DNA of 46,633 nucleotides from Polyangiales bacterium (GTDB lineage Bacteria > Myxococcota_A > Polyangia > Polyangiales > Houyiibacteriaceae): contig JBGCFM010000131.1 in NCBI GenBank assembly GCA_045106895.1, positions 1 through 46,633 of the forward strand, written 5' to 3'. The translations under genes were made by a program, and so were the position numbers. Position 1 is the first letter of the stretch, and every line of letters begins with the position of its first letter. The notes beneath the pieces are model-generated. The model did not search any database, had not been told where the DNA came from, and saw only the letters and a list, made by a program, of their open reading frames with translations. Below are positions 29,156-38,849 of this stretch, in pieces.

Positions 29156-29227
29156 TCACCAACATGAGGCGCTGGCGGCATCCCAATCACGTCGCGCGAA
29201 TTGACGAAGCTCGTCCGGGTCGAACAC
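29156..29227 (-). pseudogene. Remnant of small upstream partner gene (putative antitoxin)
   Basis: VFDPDELRQFARRDWDAASASCW*. The 'R.FARRDW' start resembles small proteins encoded upstream of such NTases (recalled, unverified). Confidence 0.4.
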
Positions 29228-29291
29228 AACCGAATCGTAAGGAAAGAACACCAAACTGGCAACGTCCACAGAGTTCTAAGCGAGCTAGAGA

Positions 29292-30971
29292 CTAAAGAAT
29301 CTCAAGCTCCCATCGGTCGCGCTCGTCTCGCCCGAGGACCGTCAGCGTGACGGAGTCGCCGAGTCCGAAGCGCTTCTCTTGATTCGAGAGACCGGCGCCT
29401 TCGTCGCTCGGACGCAGCACCTCGTCGCCTCGTCCTAGGTACACCTTCGCGTCGATGGGTGGGCTCTGCAGACGCACGTAGGCTTTGCTCCGCGCGGCGC
29501 CCATGAGCACCGCCGAGAGCTTCGTCTCATTCGCTTGGGCATCCTCAAAGATCTGGTCGAGGACCAAGCGGTTGCTCTCGTTGACGATGGCCCGCTGGAT
29601 GCTCTTCGCCTCGTTGGCTCCGTCGACGATCTTGGCGCGAAGCTCTTCGTCCGCGTGCCCTTCACCGGCCATGCCTTGAAAGAGCTCGCTGTGGAGAAAG
29701 ACGCCGACCATCTCGCGCATCGGCGCGCTGAAACGCGCGTAGACCTCCGCGCCGACGCCGTGGTGTCCCGCGGCTTCCGTCTGAAACATGCTGCGCACAT
29801 TGGACATGACGGCCTGACGATGAATCGCCGACGCGACCTGGCCTTCTTTGCCCGCGTGGGGCAGTCCATCGAGGTAGTCCCGGAGCGTGGTCTCACTCTG
29901 CCGCGTCCACAGCCAGCTCTCCGGAAGCTCGTGGTACTTCACGAGCGCCGCGAGCACCTTCTCAAAGGAGCGCATCTTCTCTTCGGAAGGCGCCGGGTGT
30001 GCGCGATAGACGGGCTCCACGAAGCTGTCGCCAAACTCCGAAAGGAGACGCGCGCCTTCGGTGTTGCAGAGGAGCGAGAGCTGCTCGTTGTAGCGCTCTA
30101 CCTCCAGGCGCACTTCGCGGATCGCTGTAAAACGAAGGCCGCCTTTGCCGAGGTCTGTGCTCGCCGTGACGCGCCTATAACGCACGACGCCGCGCTCTTC
30201 GGCGAGGGACATGCGGCGTTTCCCCACGACGGCGAGGTGAAGGAGGCTCGTATCGACCGCATCGCCGAATCCCGCATGCTTCGGCGTGCCGCCCGCGTCG
30301 TAAAACGCCTGGACGCCACCAAAGGACAGCTTGCCGCGACTACGGATACGAACGCGGGAGAGCTCGCTGCGCGTGCATACACCTTCGCCGTCGAGGTGCG
30401 ACGAGATCAAGAGCGCACGTCGCTCCACGTCGGCGTTCAGGGACACGAGGTCTTCGCTCAACACTCGAGGCAGCATGGGCACCATAAAGCCCGGGAAGTA
30501 GTAGCTCGCGCCGCGCCGCAGCGCTTCGGCGTGGAGCGCGGTCCCGGGCACGACAAAGTGCGATGCGTCGGCGAGGGCGTAGTGAACGATATGACCCTCG
30601 CCCTCAGGCTCCACATAGACCGCCTGGTCGAGGTCCATGGAGTGCTCGCCGTCGATGGTGACGAAGGGCCAGTCCGTCCGGTCGACGAGGGCGGGGTCGT
30701 CGATGCCCGGCGTCTCCACGAGGGCCCGCACTTCGTCCTCCACGGCGACGGGAAAGACAGGGTCGAGGCCTCGTTTGGCGGCGATGGCGTAGAGAGCTGC
30801 TTCGGCGGAATCCGCTTCGGCGACGAGAGTCACGTTTCCGTTCCGCACCTCGACGATGCTCCCTTTCGGATGCTCTGTGCTCGCCAAAGAAGAAGGCGCA
30901 TCCGCTCCAGGAAAGAGGTCGACGGCGCGCGCCTCTTCTTGGAGGCCAATGAAGTGCTTCGTGTGTCCCAT
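29292..30971 (-). CDS. RNB-domain exoribonuclease (RNase II/R family)
   Basis: 'FVTIDGEHSMDLDQAV', 'EALRRGASYYFP...VPMLP..LSEDLVSL', 'YARFSAPMR'. Confidence 0.88.
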   Translation of the reverse strand: MGHTKHFIGLQEEARAVDLFPGADAPSSLASTEHPKGSIVEVRNGNVTLVAEADSAEAALYAIAAKRGLDPVFPVAVEDEVRALVETPGIDDPALVDRTDWPFVTIDGEHSMDLDQAVYVEPEGEGHIVHYALADASHFVVPGTALHAEALRRGASYYFPGFMVPMLPRVLSEDLVSLNADVERRALLISSHLDGEGVCTRSELSRVRIRSRGKLSFGGVQAFYDAGGTPKHAGFGDAVDTSLLHLAVVGKRRMSLAEERGVVRYRRVTASTDLGKGGLRFTAIREVRLEVERYNEQLSLLCNTEGARLLSEFGDSFVEPVYRAHPAPSEEKMRSFEKVLAALVKYHELPESWLWTRQSETTLRDYLDGLPHAGKEGQVASAIHRQAVMSNVRSMFQTEAAGHHGVGAEVYARFSAPMREMVGVFLHSELFQGMAGEGHADEELRAKIVDGANEAKSIQRAIVNESNRLVLDQIFEDAQANETKLSAVLMGAARSKAYVRLQSPPIDAKVYLGRGDEVLRPSDEGAGLSNQEKRFGLGDSVTLTVLGRDERDRWELEIL

Positions 30972-31014
30972 GGTCTCTTTCCGCCAGACGGCGATTGCTG
31001 TGTTCGATGCGGTG

Positions 31015-31395
31015 TTATGCGGCGGGCGCGAAGAGCGTGCGCCCTAGCCAAAGCCCAACAAAGGTGGCGAGGAGACACACGGCGAGGGTGACTCCTACGT
31101 TCATACCGGCGTGGGCGAAGGACCCACGTTCGATGAGCGCGGCGGTCTCAAGGCTGAAGGTGGAGTACGTCGTGAACCCGCCCATCAAGCCCGTGGTAAG
31201 GCCTAGCTTCCATGCCGGCGAGAGGTCCGAGTCCGCGAGGGCTGCGCTCAGGAAGCCAAGGAGAAACGACCCGCCGATGTTGACGAGCCACGTGCCCACC
31301 GGATGGGGGCCGTCGCCCTTTGCCCATTCGCTCGCGAGATAGCGGGCGCCGCTGCCAAGGGCGCCGCCCAGACACACGAGAAGGAGGCGATCCAT
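31015..31395 (-). CDS. crcB: Fluoride channel Fluc/CrcB
   Basis: 'GGALGSGARY', 'GTWLVNIGGSFLLG', 'TTGLMGGFTTYSTFSLE'. Confidence 0.92.
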   Translation of the reverse strand: MDRLLLVCLGGALGSGARYLASEWAKGDGPHPVGTWLVNIGGSFLLGFLSAALADSDLSPAWKLGLTTGLMGGFTTYSTFSLETAALIERGSFAHAGMNVGVTLAVCLLATFVGLWLGRTLFAPAA

Positions 31396-31444
31396 GCCGC
31401 GCACCCTATCAGTGGTGCGCCGCTGAGAGAAATAGAGAACCCGC

Positions 31445-32545
31445 CTAGAGAACCCACCAAGCCAGGAGTAGCGGGCCGAAGGTCACAAGGGAAACGAAGA
31501 GCCACGCCGAGGGTCGACCAAAGTTGAGCGTCGAGCCGTAACCACGCTGCTTAGGAACGAAGAGCGCCGGGTCTTCCGGGGCGAAGTAGAGCAGGCCCCC
31601 GACACGGTAAGCGCCCTCGGAAGCGCCGGGCTGCACGCGATCGCCGACCTCCCCGCGAATCCGAGCGAGAGGCGACGCGTATCGGATGATGCAGTAGACC
31701 AACATGATGGACACGAACGCCGTCACGCCCATCGCCGTGCTCGACGAGAGACCTTCGCGCACGCCTTCGGCCATTCCCACGGCAGCGCCGAGCCAGACGA
31801 TGAGCGCGCCAAGGTTGATGCACACGAGGAGCACCTCGACGAAGCGGCAGAGCAGCGCGCGTCGATAGTCGAGGAGCGTCTGGTCTCGCTCGCTCATGGT
31901 GGCGCTCGGTTGAGGCGCACTGTCCTCACTGTCCTCGTTGTTTTCAGCGACGCCCACTGAGGCCTTCTCGCTAACGCGCCAGCGTTCGCGGTTGATGCCC
32001 CAGACCACGAAGAGCATGAGGGCGACATTCAACCCGGGAACGCTGAGCCCCCACCAGAGCTTTGTCGGCGAGATCATCGCGCCGCCGACGGAACGGGTCA
32101 CACTCGGCAAGTGCGGCAGGAGCCAGCGAAAAGCGAGGCCCGAGACGACGAGGAGTGCGAGGTGAAAGAGCTGCACCGGCGGCGAGAGCTGCCTGAGGAA
32201 GTGCTCGCCTTCAGGATGCGGCAACACAGTCGGAGGAATCCCGGGAGGTGTCTCGCGTCCTCGCAGCACAGTGCGGGCACCGATGTGGAGAAGCGCCGCG
32301 CTCAGGCAAGCTTGAAGCAGCGGCGCGGAGAAAAGACCAACAGGCCACGGGTGCAACGCAGCCACGAGGAGCGACGCGAGGGTGATAAGCCAAAGGAGCG
32401 GGCGCACGAACGCCAGGGGCCCGCGCATCATGTGTCGCCGCGGGATGAACATGACGCGTTCCGCGGAGCTCGCCGCGAGGTGGTCTGCGACGAGGCCCAC
32501 GGCCAGGATGACCAGCAAGAGCGGCGCGCGCTGAACATGCGTCAT
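31445..32545 (-). CDS. Polytopic membrane protein with DUF5808-like C-terminus
   Basis: Multiple TM helices; 'YFAPEDPALFVPKQRGYGSTLNFGRP'. Confidence 0.75.
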   Translation of the reverse strand: MTHVQRAPLLLVILAVGLVADHLAASSAERVMFIPRRHMMRGPLAFVRPLLWLITLASLLVAALHPWPVGLFSAPLLQACLSAALLHIGARTVLRGRETPPGIPPTVLPHPEGEHFLRQLSPPVQLFHLALLVVSGLAFRWLLPHLPSVTRSVGGAMISPTKLWWGLSVPGLNVALMLFVVWGINRERWRVSEKASVGVAENNEDSEDSAPQPSATMSERDQTLLDYRRALLCRFVEVLLVCINLGALIVWLGAAVGMAEGVREGLSSSTAMGVTAFVSIMLVYCIIRYASPLARIRGEVGDRVQPGASEGAYRVGGLLYFAPEDPALFVPKQRGYGSTLNFGRPSAWLFVSLVTFGPLLLAWWVL

Positions 32546-32600
32546 GGGCGCGACCGCGGCTGCGAGCGCGTCTCTTGCGAGCGCAGGACTCGCGCGTCCC

Positions 32601-34004
32601 TCACTCGCGCGGCCAGTCTGTGTGCACCGGCGTCGCCGGGTCATCGTGACGCCGGTAGGTGTGGGAGCCGAAGTAGTCGCGCTGCGCCTGAATCACGTTT
32701 GCCGTCGAGCGCAAGGTGGACAGTCCGTCGAGCCAAGTCAGCGAGGCCGCGAACGCGGGGATCGCGTGACCCGCCGCCGTCGCCGCCGACACAACCTTGC
32801 GCAACGCCGGAATCCGCTTACGGAGCTCTTCGGCGAAGTAAGGAGCTTCCGCGAGGAGCTCCAGGTCAGGATCGGCCGTAAACGCTTCCTGCATAGGCCG
32901 GAGGAGCGCCGCGCGGATGATGCAGCCACCGGTCCAAATGCGCGCCACCTCCGCCATGTCGATGCCGTAGTCACGCTCCGCGCTCGCCGCGCGAAGCATC
33001 TGAAAGCCCTGCGTGTAGCTCGCGACCTTCGCGGCGTAGAGCGCGTCCTTGATGTCATCCGGCGTGAGGCCGGGCGTCTCGGCGCGCGAGGGAGAGAGCG
33101 ACTTGTGAAAAGACTGACGAATGCTGCGCATGGCGCTCACGCCGCGCGCGTCGACGGCGGCGGCGATGGTCGGCACCGGGATACCCATCTCGATGGCGGC
33201 GATGACCGTCCAGCGGCCGGTTCCTTTTTGTCCCGCCTCGTCGAGGATCATGTCCACGAGCAAGCCTTCGCTCTTCGAATCTTTGGTACCGAAGATATGG
33301 CTCGTGATCTCGATGAGGAAGCTCGCGAGCTCTCCTTCGTTCCACCCCTTGAAGATCTCCGCGACATCGCTGCCGCTCTTGCCGATGCCTTTTCGAAGCA
33401 AGCGCGCGCTCTCGGCGATGAGCTGCATGTCGCCGTACTCGATGCCGTTGTGTGTCATCTTCACGAAGTGGCCGGCGCTTCCGCGTCCACAATAAGTAAC
33501 GCAGGGCCCGAGGTCCGTTTGCGCGGCGATGGACTCGAGGAGCGGCTTCAAGCGTGTCCATGCTTCGACGTCTCCGCCGGGCATCATGGAGGGACCGCGC
33601 AGCGCGCCTTCGGCTCCGCCGCTCACGCCCATGCCCACGAAGCGCCAGGGCTCTCCATCGGCGCGTTTGTTCCGCGCGTCGGTCTCCTTGAAGAGGCTGT
33701 TGCCCGCGTCGACGACAATGTCGTCTTCCTCGAGAAGCGGTGTCAGGTCGTCCAGCACGTCGTCGACGTATTTCGAAGGGACGAGGACGATGATGCGCCG
33801 AGGCCGCTCGAGGCCGTCGACCATCTCTTTGAGGGAAGAGCTGACATCGAAGCTTCCCGCAGGCTCCTTCGCCTCAAGGCGCGCCTGGGCGCCCTCCTTG
33901 GTGTCAAAGCCGCCAACGCGGTGTCCGTGCCGCGCAAAGTTGCACGCCAAGTTCGCGCCCATGACTCCGAGCCCAATGACCGCAATATCGTTTTTTTCGC
34001 CCAT
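32601..34004 (-). CDS. gndA: NADP-dependent 6-phosphogluconate dehydrogenase
   Basis: GLGVMGANLA, DAGNS, GMGVSGGAEGALRGPSMMPGG, HFVKMTHNGIEYGDMQLIAE, QKGTGRWT, QAQRDYFGSHTY. Confidence 0.97.
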   Translation of the reverse strand: MGEKNDIAVIGLGVMGANLACNFARHGHRVGGFDTKEGAQARLEAKEPAGSFDVSSSLKEMVDGLERPRRIIVLVPSKYVDDVLDDLTPLLEEDDIVVDAGNSLFKETDARNKRADGEPWRFVGMGVSGGAEGALRGPSMMPGGDVEAWTRLKPLLESIAAQTDLGPCVTYCGRGSAGHFVKMTHNGIEYGDMQLIAESARLLRKGIGKSGSDVAEIFKGWNEGELASFLIEITSHIFGTKDSKSEGLLVDMILDEAGQKGTGRWTVIAAIEMGIPVPTIAAAVDARGVSAMRSIRQSFHKSLSPSRAETPGLTPDDIKDALYAAKVASYTQGFQMLRAASAERDYGIDMAEVARIWTGGCIIRAALLRPMQEAFTADPDLELLAEAPYFAEELRKRIPALRKVVSAATAAGHAIPAFAASLTWLDGLSTLRSTANVIQAQRDYFGSHTYRRHDDPATPVHTDWPRE

Positions 34005-34098
34005 AACCATGACTACCACGCAGCAGCGCCAGCGGATGCTGATTTCCACGCCGGCAAGGGGCTGTTGCGCATTTGGCCGCGTCCAGCGATAACACCGC

Positions 34099-34803
34099 GT
34101 GCAGCGGATTCTATTGGTTCAGGTTCGCCCGCCGGGCTCCTTCCCCGAACGGCACGAGCGAGAGTGCATCAAACGGCGTTTGCCGGAGGCCGTGGAGCTC
34201 GTCCCCTTCAACGTGTTCAGCGCCGGCGGCGGCGTCGACTGGTTCGAGAGCGCGAAGGGGTGCGACGCCTTCGTCATGGGCGGCTCGGGGAGCGTGTCTG
34301 TTCATGACGATGTGGTGAGCGAGTGGCGTGCAGCCTCGTCGCGCTTCTTCGATCAAGCGCTGAAGAGTCAGCTCCCCGGCTTCTGCATCTGCTTCGGTCA
34401 TCAGCTTCTGGCGACGCACCTTGGGGGCGAAGTCGTTCGCGATCCGGCACGCCGCGAAGCTGGAACCGTGGACATCGAGACGGTGAACGCGGACCCGCTC
34501 TTTGCGAAACGCGCGCCGCGATTTTCTGCTCATCAAGGGCACTCCGATCACGTCGTCGCGGCGCCGGCGGGGACCACACTCCTTGCGCGCAACGAGAGCT
34601 CGCCGATTCAAGCGCTGCGCGTTGATGGCACGAACACCTACTCCACGCAGTTTCACCCAGACTTCCTCGCCACCGAAGCACGCGCACGCTACGCGGAGAT
34701 TTTCGGCACCGGCGACGACGCCCAAGTGGCGATGTCGAAGTTCGACCCGGAGCGTGACGGCGACACGCAAACCCTCCTGACAGAGTGGTGGAACGCGCTC
34801 TAG
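34099..34803 (+). CDS. Class I glutamine amidotransferase-like protein
   Basis: 'MGGSG', nucleophile 'ICFGHQ', 'HQGHSD', 'QFHPD'. Confidence 0.88.
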   Translation: MQRILLVQVRPPGSFPERHERECIKRRLPEAVELVPFNVFSAGGGVDWFESAKGCDAFVMGGSGSVSVHDDVVSEWRAASSRFFDQALKSQLPGFCICFGHQLLATHLGGEVVRDPARREAGTVDIETVNADPLFAKRAPRFSAHQGHSDHVVAAPAGTTLLARNESSPIQALRVDGTNTYSTQFHPDFLATEARARYAEIFGTGDDAQVAMSKFDPERDGDTQTLLTEWWNAL

Positions 34804-34816
34804 GCGCACTCGCACG

Positions 34817-35818
34817 ATGAGTTCCCCGATCAAAGTACGAATCGCCGGCGTGGGGCACTACCTGCCGAAGCGCGTGGTTCCCAACAGCGAGCTGGAGTCG
34901 CGCCTCGGCGTGGAGCCTGGGTGGATCGAGCGCCGCAGTGGCGTGAGCACGCGACGTTGGGCAAGCCTGGAAGATGGCGAGAGCAACTCGTGGATGGGCG
35001 CTCAGGCAGCCCTCGAAGCGTGCGCCGATGCCGGCATCGAGCCTGGGGACATCGACCTCATCATCAACGCCTCGGGCACGCCGGAGCAGACCATCCCCGA
35101 CGGCGCGCCGCTGATTCAAGTGCAGCTCGGTCTCGGCGAGAGCGGCATCCCCTGCATGTCCGTGCACACGACGTGCATCAGCTTTCTTCACGCCTTCGAC
35201 GTCGCCTCGAGCTTGCTGACAACGCACGCCTACAAACGCATTCTCATCGTCAGCGCGGAGGTCGCATCGGTGGCGCTGAACTTCGAAGAGAAAGAGAGCG
35301 CGAGCCTCTTTGGCGACGCGGCGGCGGCCGTCGTGGTGGAACGGGGCGATAGCGGCGAGTCTCAAATCCACCGAAGTCGCTTCGCGACCTACGGCGTGGG
35401 CGCTCACTTCACGGAGGTCCCGGGCGGAGGCAGCCGGCTGCATCCGAATCACCCGGACTCGAAACCGAGCGACCAGACGTTTCACATGCAGGGCAAGAAG
35501 GTCCTGCGCCTCGCGTTCCGCCACGGCGAGGAGTTCCTCGAGGCGCTCTACCCAGGTCTCTCCAAAGGACTCGGCGACATCCAGTGCGTCGTGCCGCACC
35601 AAGCGAGCCGCGTAGGCCTCCGCGCTTTCGGCGCCTTCGGCTGGCAGAGCGAGCGCATCGTCCAGACCTTGGCCGACGTGGGCAACTGCGTCGCCGCGAG
35701 CATTCCATACACGCTCTACCGCGCCATCAAAGACGGCCGGCTAAAAAGGGGGGAACGTTTCCTCCTTTTTGGAACGGGCGCCGGCCTCTCCTATGGCGGC
35801 ATCGTTGCGACCTACTAG
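34817..35818 (+). CDS. FabH/OleA-like 3-oxoacyl synthase III family condensing enzyme
   Basis: Cys-His-Asn triad in 'TTCISF', 'VPHQAS' and 'GNCVAASIP'; also 'FGDAAAA' and 'GTGAGLS'. Confidence 0.92.
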   Translation: MSSPIKVRIAGVGHYLPKRVVPNSELESRLGVEPGWIERRSGVSTRRWASLEDGESNSWMGAQAALEACADAGIEPGDIDLIINASGTPEQTIPDGAPLIQVQLGLGESGIPCMSVHTTCISFLHAFDVASSLLTTHAYKRILIVSAEVASVALNFEEKESASLFGDAAAAVVVERGDSGESQIHRSRFATYGVGAHFTEVPGGGSRLHPNHPDSKPSDQTFHMQGKKVLRLAFRHGEEFLEALYPGLSKGLGDIQCVVPHQASRVGLRAFGAFGWQSERIVQTLADVGNCVAASIPYTLYRAIKDGRLKRGERFLLFGTGAGLSYGGIVATY

Positions 35819-37007
35819 CCGGCGAGGTGCTCGAGGGCAGGGCTCGAAGACCATCCTCCTCACCGGCGGGCGCGCCGCCGCGACCATCGAGCTGGCGCGG
35901 CTCTTTCAGCGCGGAGGCCATCGCGTCGTCGTCGCCGAGAGCTTCGTCGCGCCTCTCAGTGATTGGTCGCGCTCCGTCGACGCGCGCTACCGCGTTCCAC
36001 GTCCACTCCAAGAGCCGGCGGCTTTCGTCGCGTCGCTCATCGACATCGTGCGCCGCGAAGCCGTAGACCTCATCGTTCCCACCTGCGAAGAAGTCTTCCA
36101 CGTCGCCGCCGCTCGGGACGAACTCTCGCTTCACTGCGACGTGTATTGCGAATCGCGCGCCCGCCTCCGCCGCGTCCATAGCAAGTTCGAGTTTGCGCAG
36201 CGCGCCAAAGAAGCCGGGGTCGCTGTGCCTCCGACGAAACGCATCACGGAGCGCAACGCTCTCGAAGAGCTCGTGGCGCGACGGGGCCTGAACCTCGTGC
36301 TCAAGCCGGAGTTCTCGCGCTTTGGGACGAACACTCTCATTCGCCCCGCCAGCGCCGCTCAGACGCGAGACCTCAAAGTCGACGACGCACACGCATGGGT
36401 GGCTCAGGACTTCGCCCGAGGAACGCCGCTCTGCACCTGGGCCGTGGCACACCAGGGCGAACTCCGCGCTTATTCTGCCTACCGAGTCACGCAGACCGCC
36501 GGCGGCGCCGCCATCACCTTCGAGCACACGCCACATGCCGGCGCCCGAGAGTGGACCGAGCGCTTCGTTCGTCACGTCGGCTTCACGGGCCAGATCGCCT
36601 TCGACTTCATCGAAGAGCCTTCCAAAGACGGCGGCGACGGCGAGGTCATCGGCATCGAATGCAACCCACGCGCCACGAGCGGGGTGCACCTCTTCCGCGA
36701 CGACGCGCGCATGGCCGACGCGTTCCTCCACGCCAAGGGCGAAGTCCTCGCGCCGGGCAAGGGGCGCTTCATGCTGGCTTTGCCGATGTTTACCCACGGC
36801 CTGGGCGGCGTTCGCTCCTGGGAGGGCCTTCGGAGCTGGGCCACCAGCTTCGCCGCGAGCCGCTCGGTGCTCTTCGACGGAGACGACCCCGGCCCTTTCC
36901 TGCTCCAAGGGCTAAGCTTCGCGGAGCTTGCGGGTCGCGCCCTCGCCGGCGGCGTCGACCTCTTGAGCGCATCCACCCTCGACATCGAATGGAACGGCGA
37001 AGAGTGA
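35793..37007 (+). CDS. ATP-grasp enzyme
   Basis: 'ILLTGGRAAAT', 'IVPTCEEVF', 'HSKFEF', 'LKPEFSRFG', 'GQIAFDFI', 'IECNPRATSGVHL'. Start is ATG 35793 or TTG 35805. Confidence 0.88.
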   Translation: MAASLRPTSRRGARGQGSKTILLTGGRAAATIELARLFQRGGHRVVVAESFVAPLSDWSRSVDARYRVPRPLQEPAAFVASLIDIVRREAVDLIVPTCEEVFHVAAARDELSLHCDVYCESRARLRRVHSKFEFAQRAKEAGVAVPPTKRITERNALEELVARRGLNLVLKPEFSRFGTNTLIRPASAAQTRDLKVDDAHAWVAQDFARGTPLCTWAVAHQGELRAYSAYRVTQTAGGAAITFEHTPHAGAREWTERFVRHVGFTGQIAFDFIEEPSKDGGDGEVIGIECNPRATSGVHLFRDDARMADAFLHAKGEVLAPGKGRFMLALPMFTHGLGGVRSWEGLRSWATSFAASRSVLFDGDDPGPFLLQGLSFAELAGRALAGGVDLLSASTLDIEWNGEE

Positions 37008-37999
37008 AAGTACTAGTCACAGGAGCCACCGGTTTTCTCGGGGGCCGCGTCGCACGACGCTACGCGGAACTCGGCGCCGAAGTGATCGGCACCGGAAGAA
37101 ACGCCGAGGCCGGCGCGCAGCTTGAGAAGGACGGTATCTCCTTTGCGAAGGTCCCGCTCCGCAGTCGAGACGCCGTCATCGAGGCGTGCGCCGGCACCGA
37201 CCTCGTCGTTCACTGCGCCGCGCTCTCTTCTCCCTGGGGAACGAAGGAAGCCTTCGAGACGGCAAACGTGGTGGGCACGGAGAACGTCCTCGCAGGTTGC
37301 GAGCGGCACGCCGTCGCGAAGCTCGTGCACATCTCCACGCCGAGCCTCTACATGAGCCGCAAGAGCCGCTTCGCCGTGCGCGAGAGCGACCCCTTGCCGC
37401 CGCCCATCAACGAGTACTCGCGCACCAAGCGCATCGCCGAAGAGCGCGTCGATGAAGCCTCGCGCCGGGGGCTCTCCATCGTGACGCTAAGACCGCGGGC
37501 GCTCTTCGGTCCGGGTGACACCGTGATCTTCCCGCGCATCGCCCGCGCCCTGCGCGAGAAGCGCTTGCCCGTCATCGGCCGCGGCGACTCCATCGTGGAC
37601 ATGACGTACATCGAGAACGTCGCCGATGCGGTCCTCGCCGCCGCCGACGCGCCGGAAAAGGCCGCGGGTCAGAAGTACAACATCACGAACGGCGAGCCGA
37701 TTCGCCTTTGGGATGTCATCGCCACACTGGCCAAAGCCATGGACGTTCCCCTTCCGACGAAACGCCTCCCCTTCGCGCTGGCCTGGGGTCTGGCAGGCGC
37801 CAGCGAAGCGGCCTACGGGCTCATGAATCGTCTGGAGATTCGCGACGACGAGCCGGTGCTCACCCGTTACGGCGTCGCCGTGCTGAGCTGCTCTCTGACG
37901 ATGGACATCTCCGCCGCCGTGCGTGATCTCGGCTACGTTCCGCGCGTCACGATGGACGAAGGTCTGGAGAACTTTTTGCGCTGGTGGAAAACGCAATGA
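37004..37999 (+). CDS. Extended SDR, NAD(P)-dependent epimerase/dehydratase (3-beta-HSD/OleD-like)
   Basis: GTGA overlap with the ATP-grasp stop; TGATGFLG, 'HCAALSSPWG', 'HISTPSLY', YSRTK (YxxxK), 'LRPRALFGPGD', 'YNITNGEP'. Confidence 0.92.
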   Translation: MKVLVTGATGFLGGRVARRYAELGAEVIGTGRNAEAGAQLEKDGISFAKVPLRSRDAVIEACAGTDLVVHCAALSSPWGTKEAFETANVVGTENVLAGCERHAVAKLVHISTPSLYMSRKSRFAVRESDPLPPPINEYSRTKRIAEERVDEASRRGLSIVTLRPRALFGPGDTVIFPRIARALREKRLPVIGRGDSIVDMTYIENVADAVLAAADAPEKAAGQKYNITNGEPIRLWDVIATLAKAMDVPLPTKRLPFALAWGLAGASEAAYGLMNRLEIRDDEPVLTRYGVAVLSCSLTMDISAAVRDLGYVPRVTMDEGLENFLRWWKTQ

Positions 38000-38019
38000 A
38001 CGGGTGGAAAGCACAATGA
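37996..38019 (+). other. 7-codon mini-ORF (MNGWKAQ*) arising from a 20-bp tandem duplication
   Basis: GGTGGAAAACGCAATGA (37983-37999) and GGTGGAAAGCACAATGA (38003-38019); ATGA overlaps at both ends of the mini-ORF. Confidence 0.5.
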
Positions 38020-38846
38020 GCGAGCTGCGACTCGACCTTCTCCACGCGGGTTTTACCGTCAACCCTGAGCACATGGTGCTGCAGACGCGGCGCCTCGCTC
38101 ACCGCCGCTTCCCCTCGATGTTCGGCGTCATCCAGCATCCCAAAGAAGGCGTCATTCTCTACGACACGGGCTACTCGAACCGTTTCTTTGAGGAGACGAA
38201 GAGCTTCCCTGGACGCGCCTACTCTCTCATCACGCCCGTCACTCTTCATGACGCGGACCTCGCGACGTCCCAGCTCGCGGCGCGAGGCATCCGCCCCAGC
38301 GACGTGCGCACCGTCGTCATCTCTCACTTTCACGCCGACCACGTCAGCGCTCTTTCGGACTTTCCAAACGCCACTTACGTGTACCTAGGGAGCGCGTACG
38401 AATCCGTGCGCGGCCTTACGGGTTTTCAAGCGCTCATGCACGCTGTGCTCCCGGGTCTTCTGCCCGCGGACTTCGAAGCGCGCTCGCGGCCCATCGACTC
38501 ACGTCAGCTTGTGCGTCTTCCGCCGGAGATGATGCCCTTCGACGTGGGCTACGACCTCTTCGGCGACGGCAGCATCCTCGGCGTCGAGCTGCCCGGCCAC
38601 GTCGCGGGACAGCTCGGGCTCTTCTTGATGACCGACGAAGGCCCTTGGTTCCTCGTCGCGGATTCGTGTTGGACCGCGCAGAGCTACCAAGAGCAACGGC
38701 TGCCCCACCCCATCACCCGGCTGCTCTTCGACGACTACAAGGTCTACGGCGAGACGCTCGAAAAGCTTGGCGCGCTGTGGCGCAGCAGCGATGTTCGCCT
38801 GGTCCCTTCGCACTGCGAGGAGACCCTCGCGCGCTACGCGGGGTAG
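38016..38846 (+). CDS. Metallo-beta-lactamase-fold hydrolase
   Basis: 'LYDTGYS', HFHADH motif, 'DLFGDGS', 'LPGH..GQ', 'LVADSCW', 'PSHC'. Confidence 0.92.
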   Translation: MSELRLDLLHAGFTVNPEHMVLQTRRLAHRRFPSMFGVIQHPKEGVILYDTGYSNRFFEETKSFPGRAYSLITPVTLHDADLATSQLAARGIRPSDVRTVVISHFHADHVSALSDFPNATYVYLGSAYESVRGLTGFQALMHAVLPGLLPADFEARSRPIDSRQLVRLPPEMMPFDVGYDLFGDGSILGVELPGHVAGQLGLFLMTDEGPWFLVADSCWTAQSYQEQRLPHPITRLLFDDYKVYGETLEKLGALWRSSDVRLVPSHCEETLARYAG

Positions 38847-38849
38847 CCG

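Noticed and set aside
29292..30971. RNB active site DLDQA instead of DxDDA as a sign of inactivation
   Set aside because: The essential catalytic Asp position is retained, and DLDQA is a variant I recall in other RNB proteins.
31396..31444. Fluoride riboswitch upstream of crcB
   Set aside because: Only ~50 bp of intergenic space and no match to the GGCGATGG..CGCC core that I could see.
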